Assembly (NCBI GenBank): GCA_027717655.1
Contig: JALLOH010000003.1
Location: 6,160-70,159 of the forward strand
Direction of reading: 5' to 3'
Source of the DNA: Acidobacteriia bacterium AH_259_A11_L15
Lineage (GTDB): Bacteria > Acidobacteriota > Terriglobia > Acidiferrales > 2-02-FULL-67-57
Length of the DNA stretch: 64,000 bases
In this document: positions 10,314 through 18,785 of the stretch, piece after piece
Numbering within the stretch: the stretch's first letter is position 1
Layout: each line of letters begins with the position of its first letter
Made by a program: the position numbers and the translations under genes
The notes under the pieces: generated by a model
What the model was told of the DNA's origin: nothing
Databases searched by the model: none
The model's input: the letters and a program-made list of their open reading frames with translations, nothing else

Positions 10314-10330
10314 TGGGTCCGACGGGATTC
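10314..10330 (-). other. tRNA 3'-end fragment (att-like site)
   Basis: The minus strand reads GAAT-CCCGT-CGGACCC-A: T-loop end, T-stem 3' strand, acceptor 3' strand and discriminator A. The 5' part of a tRNA is absent. Confidence 0.65.
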
Positions 10331-11060
10331 ATACGCAAATGGGTTTGAATCTAAGGGAAAATCTCGAAATCAGCAGTGTCTGTCCTACTGGTTTTGCGTT
10401 TTGAGATTAGGTTTTCGGTCTACGAGGCAGAAAACCTCTCGAAGGAGTCTAACGAAAATAAATTGCAGCTTACCTAGCAACTTGCCGAATGCCACCATAC
10501 AGCGGCTTGCAGACTGCTGGGTTTCTGGCCTCTCACAGGCGTAACTCGTATTACCGATGGTTGCTTTTTCTTCGGCTTGTTTGCTTGTTACGCAGGTGAA
10601 TTTTCGACTTGCCGATTGGCTTGCGTCTTTTGCAGGTAACTATGTTAGCGAGGGATTAAATAGATTTCGCTGATTGAAAGGTACATGCTGGCGAGTTGAA
10701 CAGGGAGGCCAAAGCAGCTGCGTTCTGGGTGAATCAAAGGATTCGCTTTTGGTACAGACCAGTTTCCCCACCCGTCGGATGAGGCCGAGGAACAAAAGCT
10801 CTAAGTCCTAACGTTCGCTGGGCCTGAAAGTCACGTGGTCTGCTCAGTGTTTGGACGCGACGGCAGAGTGGGGCACCCCTGCGCGTCCTCTGGAGGTTTC
10901 TAATCACGAATCGGGCACCGGCGTAGTCATTTTTGGGCTGCCCGGCGAATCCATGTCCGCTCGACGACAAAGCGCGCAACTCTCTCTTGCCTAGCATCAA
11001 TCCTAGTGGTTTAGTCGAAGAGAGTTAGGTGTGCTTAACCGCATAAGTTTTGTATTGGCC

Positions 11061-11996
11061 CTACGCCCCTTCGTACCGACTAACGCTAAAAACGACATAG
11101 TTGTACGGGATTAGCCGCTTGTTGTCATCTTTGTTCACAACCTGTCCACTAGCTGGGTTGTAAAGCCACTCGCTCCAGTCCCACACGGTTTCTAGAGTCT
11201 CGGGAATTTGCACGGCGAGGTAGGCACCTTCGGCAAGCCGGGCACGCGTTGGAATGGTGCTGAAATCGAGGCCCATGTAGAAATCCTGCACTGGCACATT
11301 CCTATGACGTACCGCGATGCTTTTGGTCAGACCCAGTGCCATCTGAGAAAGAGGAGCGATGGCTGGCTGCACGGTGGAAGCTAATCTAAGTCCAGCCTTG
11401 AAAACATCCGACTCAAGAAAACCCAAGAAAGCTTCGTCTTCATCGTTCTTTACGTTCACGGTAAAGCACTTGAATGCCACGCCTTCAACACCAACATTCA
11501 GTCCCAAGAAGATGGGATAGCCGATGATGGCGGCCTGCTCGCCCTCCCGTACGCGGTAGGTGGCGTTGAAGTGCAGATGCTCGATATTCTTACCTACCTG
11601 ATTCTGGGCATAGAAGTCGAAAAGCACCCGATGAGTACCACCACCTGGATAAGTTGCCACGCGAAAGCGATCAAGTGTGATTCTGATGCGGCTACTCTTG
11701 AGTACAGGGTCGGGCGGGATGTTGCCAGCGTGCTGGATAAGCAGCGGACCACCACTAGGTCGGGAGGGGGCGATATAACCAAATGCGTGGGCTGTGTGTC
11801 GCCATGGCTTGTCTCCGAAGGGCCACAGTCTCTCAAGCCACCCGAATGTTTCTGGACCGCGCCTCAACTCGCGTTGGGCGGCCTCCAGGGTCGCTGCTGC
11901 ATCATCTTCACCCAATTCGCGCAGTTTGGCCGCCGCTCTCGCTGGCGGCCATTTGCCCACCACAGGCAGGTCATCGAACCAAGTGGATGCGGTCAT
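11061..11996 (-). CDS. Hypothetical protein downstream of the CHAT protease
   Basis: 311-aa ORF with an AAGGAG RBS, co-oriented 57 nt after the CHAT gene. Confidence 0.75.
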   Translation of the reverse strand: MTASTWFDDLPVVGKWPPARAAAKLRELGEDDAAATLEAAQRELRRGPETFGWLERLWPFGDKPWRHTAHAFGYIAPSRPSGGPLLIQHAGNIPPDPVLKSSRIRITLDRFRVATYPGGGTHRVLFDFYAQNQVGKNIEHLHFNATYRVREGEQAAIIGYPIFLGLNVGVEGVAFKCFTVNVKNDEDEAFLGFLESDVFKAGLRLASTVQPAIAPLSQMALGLTKSIAVRHRNVPVQDFYMGLDFSTIPTRARLAEGAYLAVQIPETLETVWDWSEWLYNPASGQVVNKDDNKRLIPYNYVVFSVSRYEGA

Positions 11997-12053
11997 ATGG
12001 TCAGACTCCTTCCTTTTTCAGCGAGCCCTGAATCCATTTAATATCCATTGAAT

Positions 12054-15000
12054 TCATTGAAGTCTTTTAATCCACTTGACCAACTTCTTCGTCTGTTGCA
12101 TCTCCTTCTCCGCGAGTGGGCCGTAGGCTTGATAGTTGCGCAAGGCGGCGTTGGCGAACTCCAGAGCATCTGCGTACATGCCTGCGTTCGTTAGCGCGAC
12201 CGCGAAATTGCGGCGTTCTTTGGCTGCCTCATAGAAATCCCCCTCCGATTCAAAATGGCGAATTGCCTCGCTACAGTGAGTCAAGGCGCGTCCCGGGTTA
12301 CCCATATCGTAGTATACATGGGCGAGCCCACTGTGAACCCTCGCCAAATCAGGCGCTGCGTTTGGAGGGATGAGTTCAAGCGCCCGCCAGTAGAATTGTA
12401 CAGCGGCGTTAAGGTGACGGCGCAGCTCTTCCTCTGGCTTTTTGGTTGCCTGAGCTTCTTTGAAGCGTTCATGGGCCACAAGCCCAAGATGACGCAACGA
12501 TGTAGCACGTCCCCCTTGGTGGCGCTCCTCCCAAAGTTCCAAACTACGCCGATACCAGTATTCGGCCTTCGCAAGGTCACGGAGGGCAGGAAGGCCGTAT
12601 ACGTGCCCAAGATTCAATGCGGCGAAGGCCTCGGCGATGCGGTCGCCAATGCGTTGGTGCAAAGCTACGGCTTCCTCGTGAGGCGCAACACACTCGGCTT
12701 TGCCCTGTTCGCGCTGAATGTAGCCCAACTGTGCCAGCGAGACCGCTAGCGTCCGAATGCAGCTACGCTGGTGTGCATCCAGTGCTTCGGGCGGCACGGC
12801 AAGCGCTGAGGCAGCGGATTGGCGTTCCCATGCCACGCGGAGGTTTTGCAAGCGCTCTGCCTCCTTCCACTGCCGCATTTGACGGGCGAGATCCATACGC
12901 CATTCGGTGACGAGGCCCCAGTCCTCCTCCCGCCCGGGCAGCGCGCCGTCCGTGGCCGGCTCGACGAAGTCCGGCACAATCTCATTTACGAGCCGCGCCC
13001 ACTCCACTCGGCGTCCGGCTTGAGAGTAGAGTCCGCGCAAGCCCTGCATCGTACTCGTCAAGGCATTCCACCAGCCATGTGTGCGGGCAAGCCGCCGGGC
13101 ATACAGGAAGTTTTCTTCCTCGATAGTCAGCACGTTAATGATCTTAGGGTCGCCACCTTCGTTCTGAGCGAAACAGTAGTCCCCAAACCAGCCGACCATT
13201 TCGACATAAGCCCTCTCCGCCTGCTCTCGACGATCCGCATAGTGTTGCTCGAACAGACGGCGGAGAAACCAAGGTAGCGCTGGGTGGATGCTGTAGTAGT
13301 CGCCGATGGCAGTGAGCAGGCCGATTTCCGCCGCGCGGTCGAGCAAGGCCCTAGCCGCTTCGCGCGTCAGGCCGCACACCTCGGGCAGACACCAGCCTTT
13401 TTCGGGTACTCCCATCGCTCGCAGCGCACCTGCATGCACAAAGCCCTGAAAAAGGTGCAACAGAGCCAGCTGCTTGCGCTCGGCTTCGCTGAAAGCATGC
13501 TTAAAGCCGTAACTCAATGACGCACCCAAAGACTTCGAGCGTCCTTCACCGGCTTCATCCTCAAATGCGGCTTCGCCAGCGCGCAGTTTGGAGACGAAGC
13601 CTTCTATTTGCTCTCTGGTCCTCAGTCCATCGCGCAGCGCCTGGTCGACCACCACCGTCATTGTCAGCGGGTTGCCTCGTGTGAATTGGAGCAGCGGTCG
13701 CCAGTCTTCCAAGTCGGTTAGTAGCCGGCGATGCTTCTCTGCCAGTGCCTTCGCCAACTGCACACGTTCCTGCATCGGCATGGGCGGCACGATGATGCGC
13801 GCAGGCAGGTTACCCAGCCAAGCGCGTTCGTCACGCCGCGAGGTCAACAGGAATTTGGCTCGCGTCTTCCTCGCCGCACGCAAAAACTCGGCTAACTCCT
13901 GTTGCTCGGCTACGCACCACGCTGAAGACACGCCGGCCGGGAAGCCCGCTACCGTCTCAACGTTGTCCCAAATCCAGAGCACTGGGACTTGCTGCAGCAC
14001 CCGGAGTGCCACATCTCGCCGCTGATCCTCACTCAACGCGAGCCAGTGAATGCCCGTCTGCTCTAGCATCCTACGAAACACTTGCTCAATTGCATCCACT
14101 ACGCGCGCCAGCGGCTTGTACAGCTCGAACGAGGTGAACAGCACCGGTCCATCCACGCCGCCCGTCAGCGTGTACCAGCGTGCAAACTCGGCGGCCGTGG
14201 CTGTCTTGCCGCTCCCTGCGAAGGCGTGCAGAAGGACTATGCTGTGCGTGTCGAAGGCGCGGTCGACGGCCAACAAGGTTTCATCTCGGCCGAAGAAGCC
14301 CACGTCTGGGGGCTTCGGCAGGTTGGCGTCAAGCTTCCCACGCGCCGGCGCGGTATCAGCGGGGTGCAGGGTGATGGTGAATTTCTCGCCTTTGGGTGAC
14401 TTAGGGAAGAGCGCAACCGGCGCAGATTCGTACACGACCGGCACGAGCCAATCTTGCAAGGAGCGCGGAGCGTAAGCGATCTCGCGCAGCGGTTGGTCGT
14501 GCAATTGCTTGCGGCCTAGCGTCACGGCCTCGCCGAGAGTTTGGCCCTGCGTGAGCGCGGCGTACAGGTCGAGCACGAACTGCGCGGCGGTGACGACGTA
14601 GACGTTGTAGCGCATGGCTACTACGCCAGCAACGCCCGTGTCCATCACCTCATGGGCTAGCGAGCCATAGGCGCGCACTTGGCCGTGTGGGTCGTCCTCT
14701 TCTTCCTTGAGCGGAGCCTCAGGCGCGTCGGCGTGGGCGGAACGGCAGGCATTGAGCACCAGCACCGGCACGCCCATCTCGACCAACAGTTTGCCGAGCT
14801 TGTGGCCGCCCACTAACTCGACATTATCCGGCAGCTTGGGATTTTCAAACGCCAAATAGCCATGCGCCCCTTTCCGTAGGGTGGATGGCAACAATGGACT
14901 AAACCTTTTGACTATTTCCTCTAGTTTGTCCGGCTTGGCTACTTCCGCGTACAGCCCATGCCCGTCAAAATGGACGACGCGATACGGCTCACCCTTGGCT

Positions 15001-15656
15001 TTGGCTGCGCGCAGGGCCCGACCCAACTGCTCGAACGTGGGCGGGCGCAGCACGTCCAGTTGGAAGGCATCCCGGGCGGTCGCACTCAGCCCCTTGATGA
15101 GGCGGCTGGCGACCGAGCGAAACGGCACATCCTCGCGTCCGCCAGGGCGACAGACCACCAATAGGATGCGGATGGGGCCGGACCTAGTCGGGGGGAGGTG
15201 CAGGCGTTGCGCGGTTTGGTGATGAGCGCGCACAAAGGCGCGGGCTTGCAGGACTAGCGGCATATCGGTCGTCGGATCGCGAATCAGTTCCCATGGGATG
15301 GTTGCTGCTCCCCGTACATCAGTGAAAATTTCAACGCGGGTGTCTTTCAGGGAACCACGGAGCATGGCCCACAGATCGCGGACGTCGTTGTTGGCCTGAA
15401 ACACGGCCTTGAAGAGTTCTGTTCCAATCTCGGCCATGCGGTTCTCAATACGCGCCGCGATCTTGGGCATGGGGTCTAGCGGGTTTTGCAGGTAGTCTTC
15501 AAGGTACCAGCGTAAGTCCTCTTGCTCTTGCGCGGTGAGTCTGAAGTGAAAGCGGGCAGTGGCGGCGTGGCCAGGCGGCCCAACGCCTTCGAGCACGACT
15601 TCGACGCGGTGTTGGTTATGCACCTCAGAGGCTTGCGTGAGGCGAAGGATTAACAT
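12054..15656 (-). CDS. CHAT (caspase/HetF) protease - STAND/NB-ARC-like NTPase - TPR protein
   Basis: VVHFDGHG and LVLNACRS (His/Cys dyad), AFAGSGKT Walker A, WIWDNVE Walker B, LLTSR, GNPL, C-terminal TPRs. Probable ATG at 15656. Confidence 0.9.
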   Translation of the reverse strand: MLILRLTQASEVHNQHRVEVVLEGVGPPGHAATARFHFRLTAQEQEDLRWYLEDYLQNPLDPMPKIAARIENRMAEIGTELFKAVFQANNDVRDLWAMLRGSLKDTRVEIFTDVRGAATIPWELIRDPTTDMPLVLQARAFVRAHHQTAQRLHLPPTRSGPIRILLVVCRPGGREDVPFRSVASRLIKGLSATARDAFQLDVLRPPTFEQLGRALRAAKAKGEPYRVVHFDGHGLYAEVAKPDKLEEIVKRFSPLLPSTLRKGAHGYLAFENPKLPDNVELVGGHKLGKLLVEMGVPVLVLNACRSAHADAPEAPLKEEEDDPHGQVRAYGSLAHEVMDTGVAGVVAMRYNVYVVTAAQFVLDLYAALTQGQTLGEAVTLGRKQLHDQPLREIAYAPRSLQDWLVPVVYESAPVALFPKSPKGEKFTITLHPADTAPARGKLDANLPKPPDVGFFGRDETLLAVDRAFDTHSIVLLHAFAGSGKTATAAEFARWYTLTGGVDGPVLFTSFELYKPLARVVDAIEQVFRRMLEQTGIHWLALSEDQRRDVALRVLQQVPVLWIWDNVETVAGFPAGVSSAWCVAEQQELAEFLRAARKTRAKFLLTSRRDERAWLGNLPARIIVPPMPMQERVQLAKALAEKHRRLLTDLEDWRPLLQFTRGNPLTMTVVVDQALRDGLRTREQIEGFVSKLRAGEAAFEDEAGEGRSKSLGASLSYGFKHAFSEAERKQLALLHLFQGFVHAGALRAMGVPEKGWCLPEVCGLTREAARALLDRAAEIGLLTAIGDYYSIHPALPWFLRRLFEQHYADRREQAERAYVEMVGWFGDYCFAQNEGGDPKIINVLTIEEENFLYARRLARTHGWWNALTSTMQGLRGLYSQAGRRVEWARLVNEIVPDFVEPATDGALPGREEDWGLVTEWRMDLARQMRQWKEAERLQNLRVAWERQSAASALAVPPEALDAHQRSCIRTLAVSLAQLGYIQREQGKAECVAPHEEAVALHQRIGDRIAEAFAALNLGHVYGLPALRDLAKAEYWYRRSLELWEERHQGGRATSLRHLGLVAHERFKEAQATKKPEEELRRHLNAAVQFYWRALELIPPNAAPDLARVHSGLAHVYYDMGNPGRALTHCSEAIRHFESEGDFYEAAKERRNFAVALTNAGMYADALEFANAALRNYQAYGPLAEKEMQQTKKLVKWIKRLQ

Positions 15657-16155
15657 CGGGATCCCAAAAATAGTTTTGTGTAGAAAAACCTGGGCCCAAA
15701 TATTCCTTTTTGTCTCGAACCAACTACAGCTTAGCACGTCGGTGACTTCCCTGCTAGCGTTGCTGTTTTCAGAGACTCTTCAAACGACGTTTCCATAGTG
15801 TTTCCAAACATAGCTTTCAATACAGGCAGCGACGAGCCGGAGGCCGGCCTGACACCAAGCGGATTCGGAGGCGTCGGCAGAAAACTTTTCACCTGCATAA
15901 CCAGCAGCCTGCAAACCTGACCTTTAAGTCTATTCTGTCCTGATGTGACGATAATTGGAGGTACGTTGCGTGCTTGCGAAGAGAAGTAGACACTCCGGCG
16001 ACGAAATGCTTGCTAGTGTGCGCAGACACATAAATGAGAGCTCCAGCTCGCTAAGTGCTTTCAGGAAGACCTACCTTCAGGAGCTGGATGGCTGCGTGCC
16101 AGCGGAGTTTGTTGGCGACGACCTACTTTACTCAATCAAGGAAAAGTATGAAGGA

Positions 16156-16335
16156 TCATCGAACGAATTCGAGTTCCTTTTCCACGATTGCTCTCGCGGG
16201 CAGGCCGTGAAGCTTGACCCGCCATCCCCTGTGGGCCTTTGTCAGCAGAATCAGAACCTCGCGGTCCCTCTTCCTGTAGAAGCAGACAATTCTCTCACCC
16301 TGGACTTCATCTCCGAGGCTGCTCAAAACAGTCAT
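16156..16335 (-). CDS. 59-aa ORF translationally coupled to the RHH gene (possible toxin or partner fragment)
   Basis: Its ATG overlaps the RHH stop codon (ATGA at 16335-16332). Reads MTVLSSLGDEVQGERIVCFYRK...ELEFVR. Confidence 0.35.
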   Translation of the reverse strand: MTVLSSLGDEVQGERIVCFYRKRDREVLILLTKAHRGWRVKLHGLPARAIVEKELEFVR

Positions 16336-16667
16336 CGAATCCGACCTTCCTTGACCAGATCTTTCACGATAGAGATTACGAGACCTATGTCAAGTCGCAG
16401 AGCATCTGCGATGTCGCTCGGATAGCATTTGCGGTTCTTCTTGAGATAGTCGAGTATCTCCTGCTTTGCCTTCTTCTTCGAGACATTACGCAGTTCTATG
16501 ACCTCGACGGCCTGCAGCTTCTCCCGTATCGCCTGTCTCACGAAATCGGCCGTGTTCATGTAAAACCCTTTGTCTACAAGTCGTTCGATCTCCTCGATCT
16601 CCTTGGGACTCAATCTGGTGGAAATCTGGTCTCTTTCCCTTTGGTTGAGCTGGGGCACTCTTGTCAC
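16332..16667 (-). CDS. CopG/RHH regulator with a C-terminal winged helix, archaeal-type
   Basis: ISTRLS...IERLVDKGFYMNTADFVRQAIREKL, then YPSDIADALRLD...LVKEGRI. Confidence 0.8.
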   Translation of the reverse strand: MTRVPQLNQRERDQISTRLSPKEIEEIERLVDKGFYMNTADFVRQAIREKLQAVEVIELRNVSKKKAKQEILDYLKKNRKCYPSDIADALRLDIGLVISIVKDLVKEGRIR

Positions 16668-16706
16668 CCAATGGTTTTTATGGGTAACAAACTACTTAAG
16701 CGTTTC
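16661..16706 (-). promoter_or_regulatory. Archaeal BRE/TATA (GAAACG-CTTAAGTA) plus an inverted-repeat operator
   Basis: TATA at 16700-16693, 26-33 nt upstream of the start. TTGTCACCCA/TGGGTAACAA (9/10 match) inverted repeat at 16661-16690. Confidence 0.6.
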
Positions 16707-16763
16707 TATGCGTGAGAAAATGTGGTCGTTTGACAAAGACGGGTGGGCTTTGCCTATCGACGC

Positions 16764-17618
16764 TCACTCAAGCCTCGTCCACTCATACCAGCCTGCAATG
16801 CCGAGCTCTTTTGCCCAGGCATCTGCCACTCTTATGTCGTTTACATAACCTCTGTCTGTTTCTGCCATATATGAGTCCAGCTTCTCGCCTATCTCGGCAA
16901 AACCTTCTTCGCGGTAGGGCGCAATGAGTCCCGGCTCGTTCAGCAGCTTGCTTGTAGCCTTGGCCAAGACGTAGTTCATGCTGTTTGTCTTTTTGTAGAT
17001 TGAGGGAGGCGTCCACTTCTCGATCTCCGGGTCAAGACATTTGATTGATGTGGCATAGAGCTCACGCAGGGCAGAAGCCTGAATGTCTCTGAGCGGCTCG
17101 AAGTTGTTATGAATCCAGGCCTCTATCCTGCAATCTGCTGGGGTGTTCGTCAGCTGACGGACGAGGCCTGAGCACAAGCACTCAAGAAATTCCTTCATTC
17201 TACGGTTGGAGACATAGTTCTTCAGTTTCCAAGTTTCTCCATGCAGTTGCCTAATGGCTTTTCTGAGAGTTTCTGGATTCGTCGCAGGCACAAGACGGTC
17301 TTCTGGCCTAGCAGAGAAAAAGCGGTAGATGTGCCCGCATTCATGCGCGACAAGGTAGTCCAGGTATCTTGCATGGGCTGGATGATAAGCAATTAGGCAG
17401 ACCTTTTCTCCCTTTCTTGGATACCGGGTAGCACTCCACACCTGCAGAGTGGGGTCGCTTTCGAGGATAATCGGGAACCCACTGACCGATGAGGCTAGCT
17501 CGACCACATTACTACCTCTCTGCGAAGTAGCTCGCGACATTCTTTGCTTTTCTGTCTCAAGCCATAAAAAGCTTGCGCGTGTGCAATGCCACACTTGCAA
17601 GTGAAGCGGACCGCTCAT
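16764..17618 (-). CDS. HExxH zinc-metallopeptidase-like protein
   Basis: YLVAHECGHI. The true start is probably the internal MSRATSQ. Confidence 0.6.
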   Translation of the reverse strand: MSGPLHLQVWHCTRASFLWLETEKQRMSRATSQRGSNVVELASSVSGFPIILESDPTLQVWSATRYPRKGEKVCLIAYHPAHARYLDYLVAHECGHIYRFFSARPEDRLVPATNPETLRKAIRQLHGETWKLKNYVSNRRMKEFLECLCSGLVRQLTNTPADCRIEAWIHNNFEPLRDIQASALRELYATSIKCLDPEIEKWTPPSIYKKTNSMNYVLAKATSKLLNEPGLIAPYREEGFAEIGEKLDSYMAETDRGYVNDIRVADAWAKELGIAGWYEWTRLE

Positions 17619-17716
17619 TTTTAAGTTGAAGCGAGGAAGGGTTACGTAATGGAACCGTAATGCGTGAAAGGAATAACCCGCACCATGACCGTGTCAGATT
17701 TTAATTGCTCTTAATC

Positions 17717-18766
17717 ATGACCAAGAAAATGAATGAACGATCACTCATCGCGAACGCTTCTGCTTTCGCCCAAGCCTATATCCCGTCGATCTTCGTTGCG
17801 AGACAGCCCGAGATTACAAGACTTCGCAGTTACCTCGCTCCACTTGTTCGCAAGCAACCGATCAAGAACATTTGGATTCATGGCCCATCTGGGGCAGGCA
17901 AGACTTGCGTAGCCAAATTCCTCCTCAACGAATTGGAGGAACAGCATCAGATCAAGGGAGTCTACGTCAATTGCTGGGAGACCGAGACCTTCTTCTCCAT
18001 TTTGGACAAGGTGGTCCGGGACTTTCGCATCCTCGGAGCAGAGCGCCTGAGCACTGTGTACAAGATGGAAAGGCTTGAGAACTATTTGCAAAGCAAGCCG
18101 TTGCTTATCGTCCTGGATGAGCTCGACAAGCCGTCGCCCAAAGAAAGAGATTCGATTATCTACAACCTGTGCGGGATACCGAGCGTGACCCTCATTTGCA
18201 TCTGCAACAGCCGCTACTTCTACTACATTCTCGACAGCAGAGTGAGGTCCCGACTGGATGCCGTGCTGCTGGAGTTCAAGCCCTACGCCCTTGAAGACGT
18301 TCAAGAAATCCTGCGGCAGAGAGCGGAATTAGGGTTGAAGCCTGAAGCAGCGAAACAGGCCGTTCTACGGAAGGTAGCCCGGCTCGCCAACGGGGATGCC
18401 AGAATTGCCATCCAGACCTTGCGACATGCGGCAAGCTACGCCGATGTGTATGCCGGCGACCGAATCCAAGCTGATCATGTCAAGAGCGGCCACAGCATCG
18501 CGCGAAACGCCAAGAAGAAGTATGTTCTCGGCAAACTGTCTGACCACCACCAGCTCATCTACGGAATCATCCAGGACTTCGGCGAGGTCAGGTCAGGTGA
18601 GCTCTGGAAAGAATATCTGCTGCGCTGCAAGCAGGCCGGAATGCCATCGGCCGCGCCTCGAACCTTTTCGCTCTACATCAAAAAGCTGGAAGAAGTCGAT
18701 CTAGTTACGAGCGCAAGGGCCCTCGGTATCAAGGGAAATGTGCGGGTGTTCAGGGTTCGGAGATAA
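17717..18766 (+). CDS. cdc6: Orc1/Cdc6-family AAA+ replication initiator
   Basis: IHGPSGAGKT, VYVNC, LIVLDELD, LDSRVRSRL, FKPY...ILRQR, GDARIAI and a C-terminal winged helix. Confidence 0.85.
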   Translation: MTKKMNERSLIANASAFAQAYIPSIFVARQPEITRLRSYLAPLVRKQPIKNIWIHGPSGAGKTCVAKFLLNELEEQHQIKGVYVNCWETETFFSILDKVVRDFRILGAERLSTVYKMERLENYLQSKPLLIVLDELDKPSPKERDSIIYNLCGIPSVTLICICNSRYFYYILDSRVRSRLDAVLLEFKPYALEDVQEILRQRAELGLKPEAAKQAVLRKVARLANGDARIAIQTLRHAASYADVYAGDRIQADHVKSGHSIARNAKKKYVLGKLSDHHQLIYGIIQDFGEVRSGELWKEYLLRCKQAGMPSAAPRTFSLYIKKLEEVDLVTSARALGIKGNVRVFRVRR

Positions 18767-18785
18767 GGCAGAAAGGTGATGAAGT

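Noticed and set aside
10314-10400. Complete tRNA gene
   Set aside because: Only the 3' 17 nt fit. The TTC of the T-loop and the D and anticodon arms are absent.
17640-17665. ORB origin box upstream of cdc6
   Set aside because: GTTACGTAATGGAAC only loosely resembles the TCCA-x-TGGAA core and lacks the G-string.
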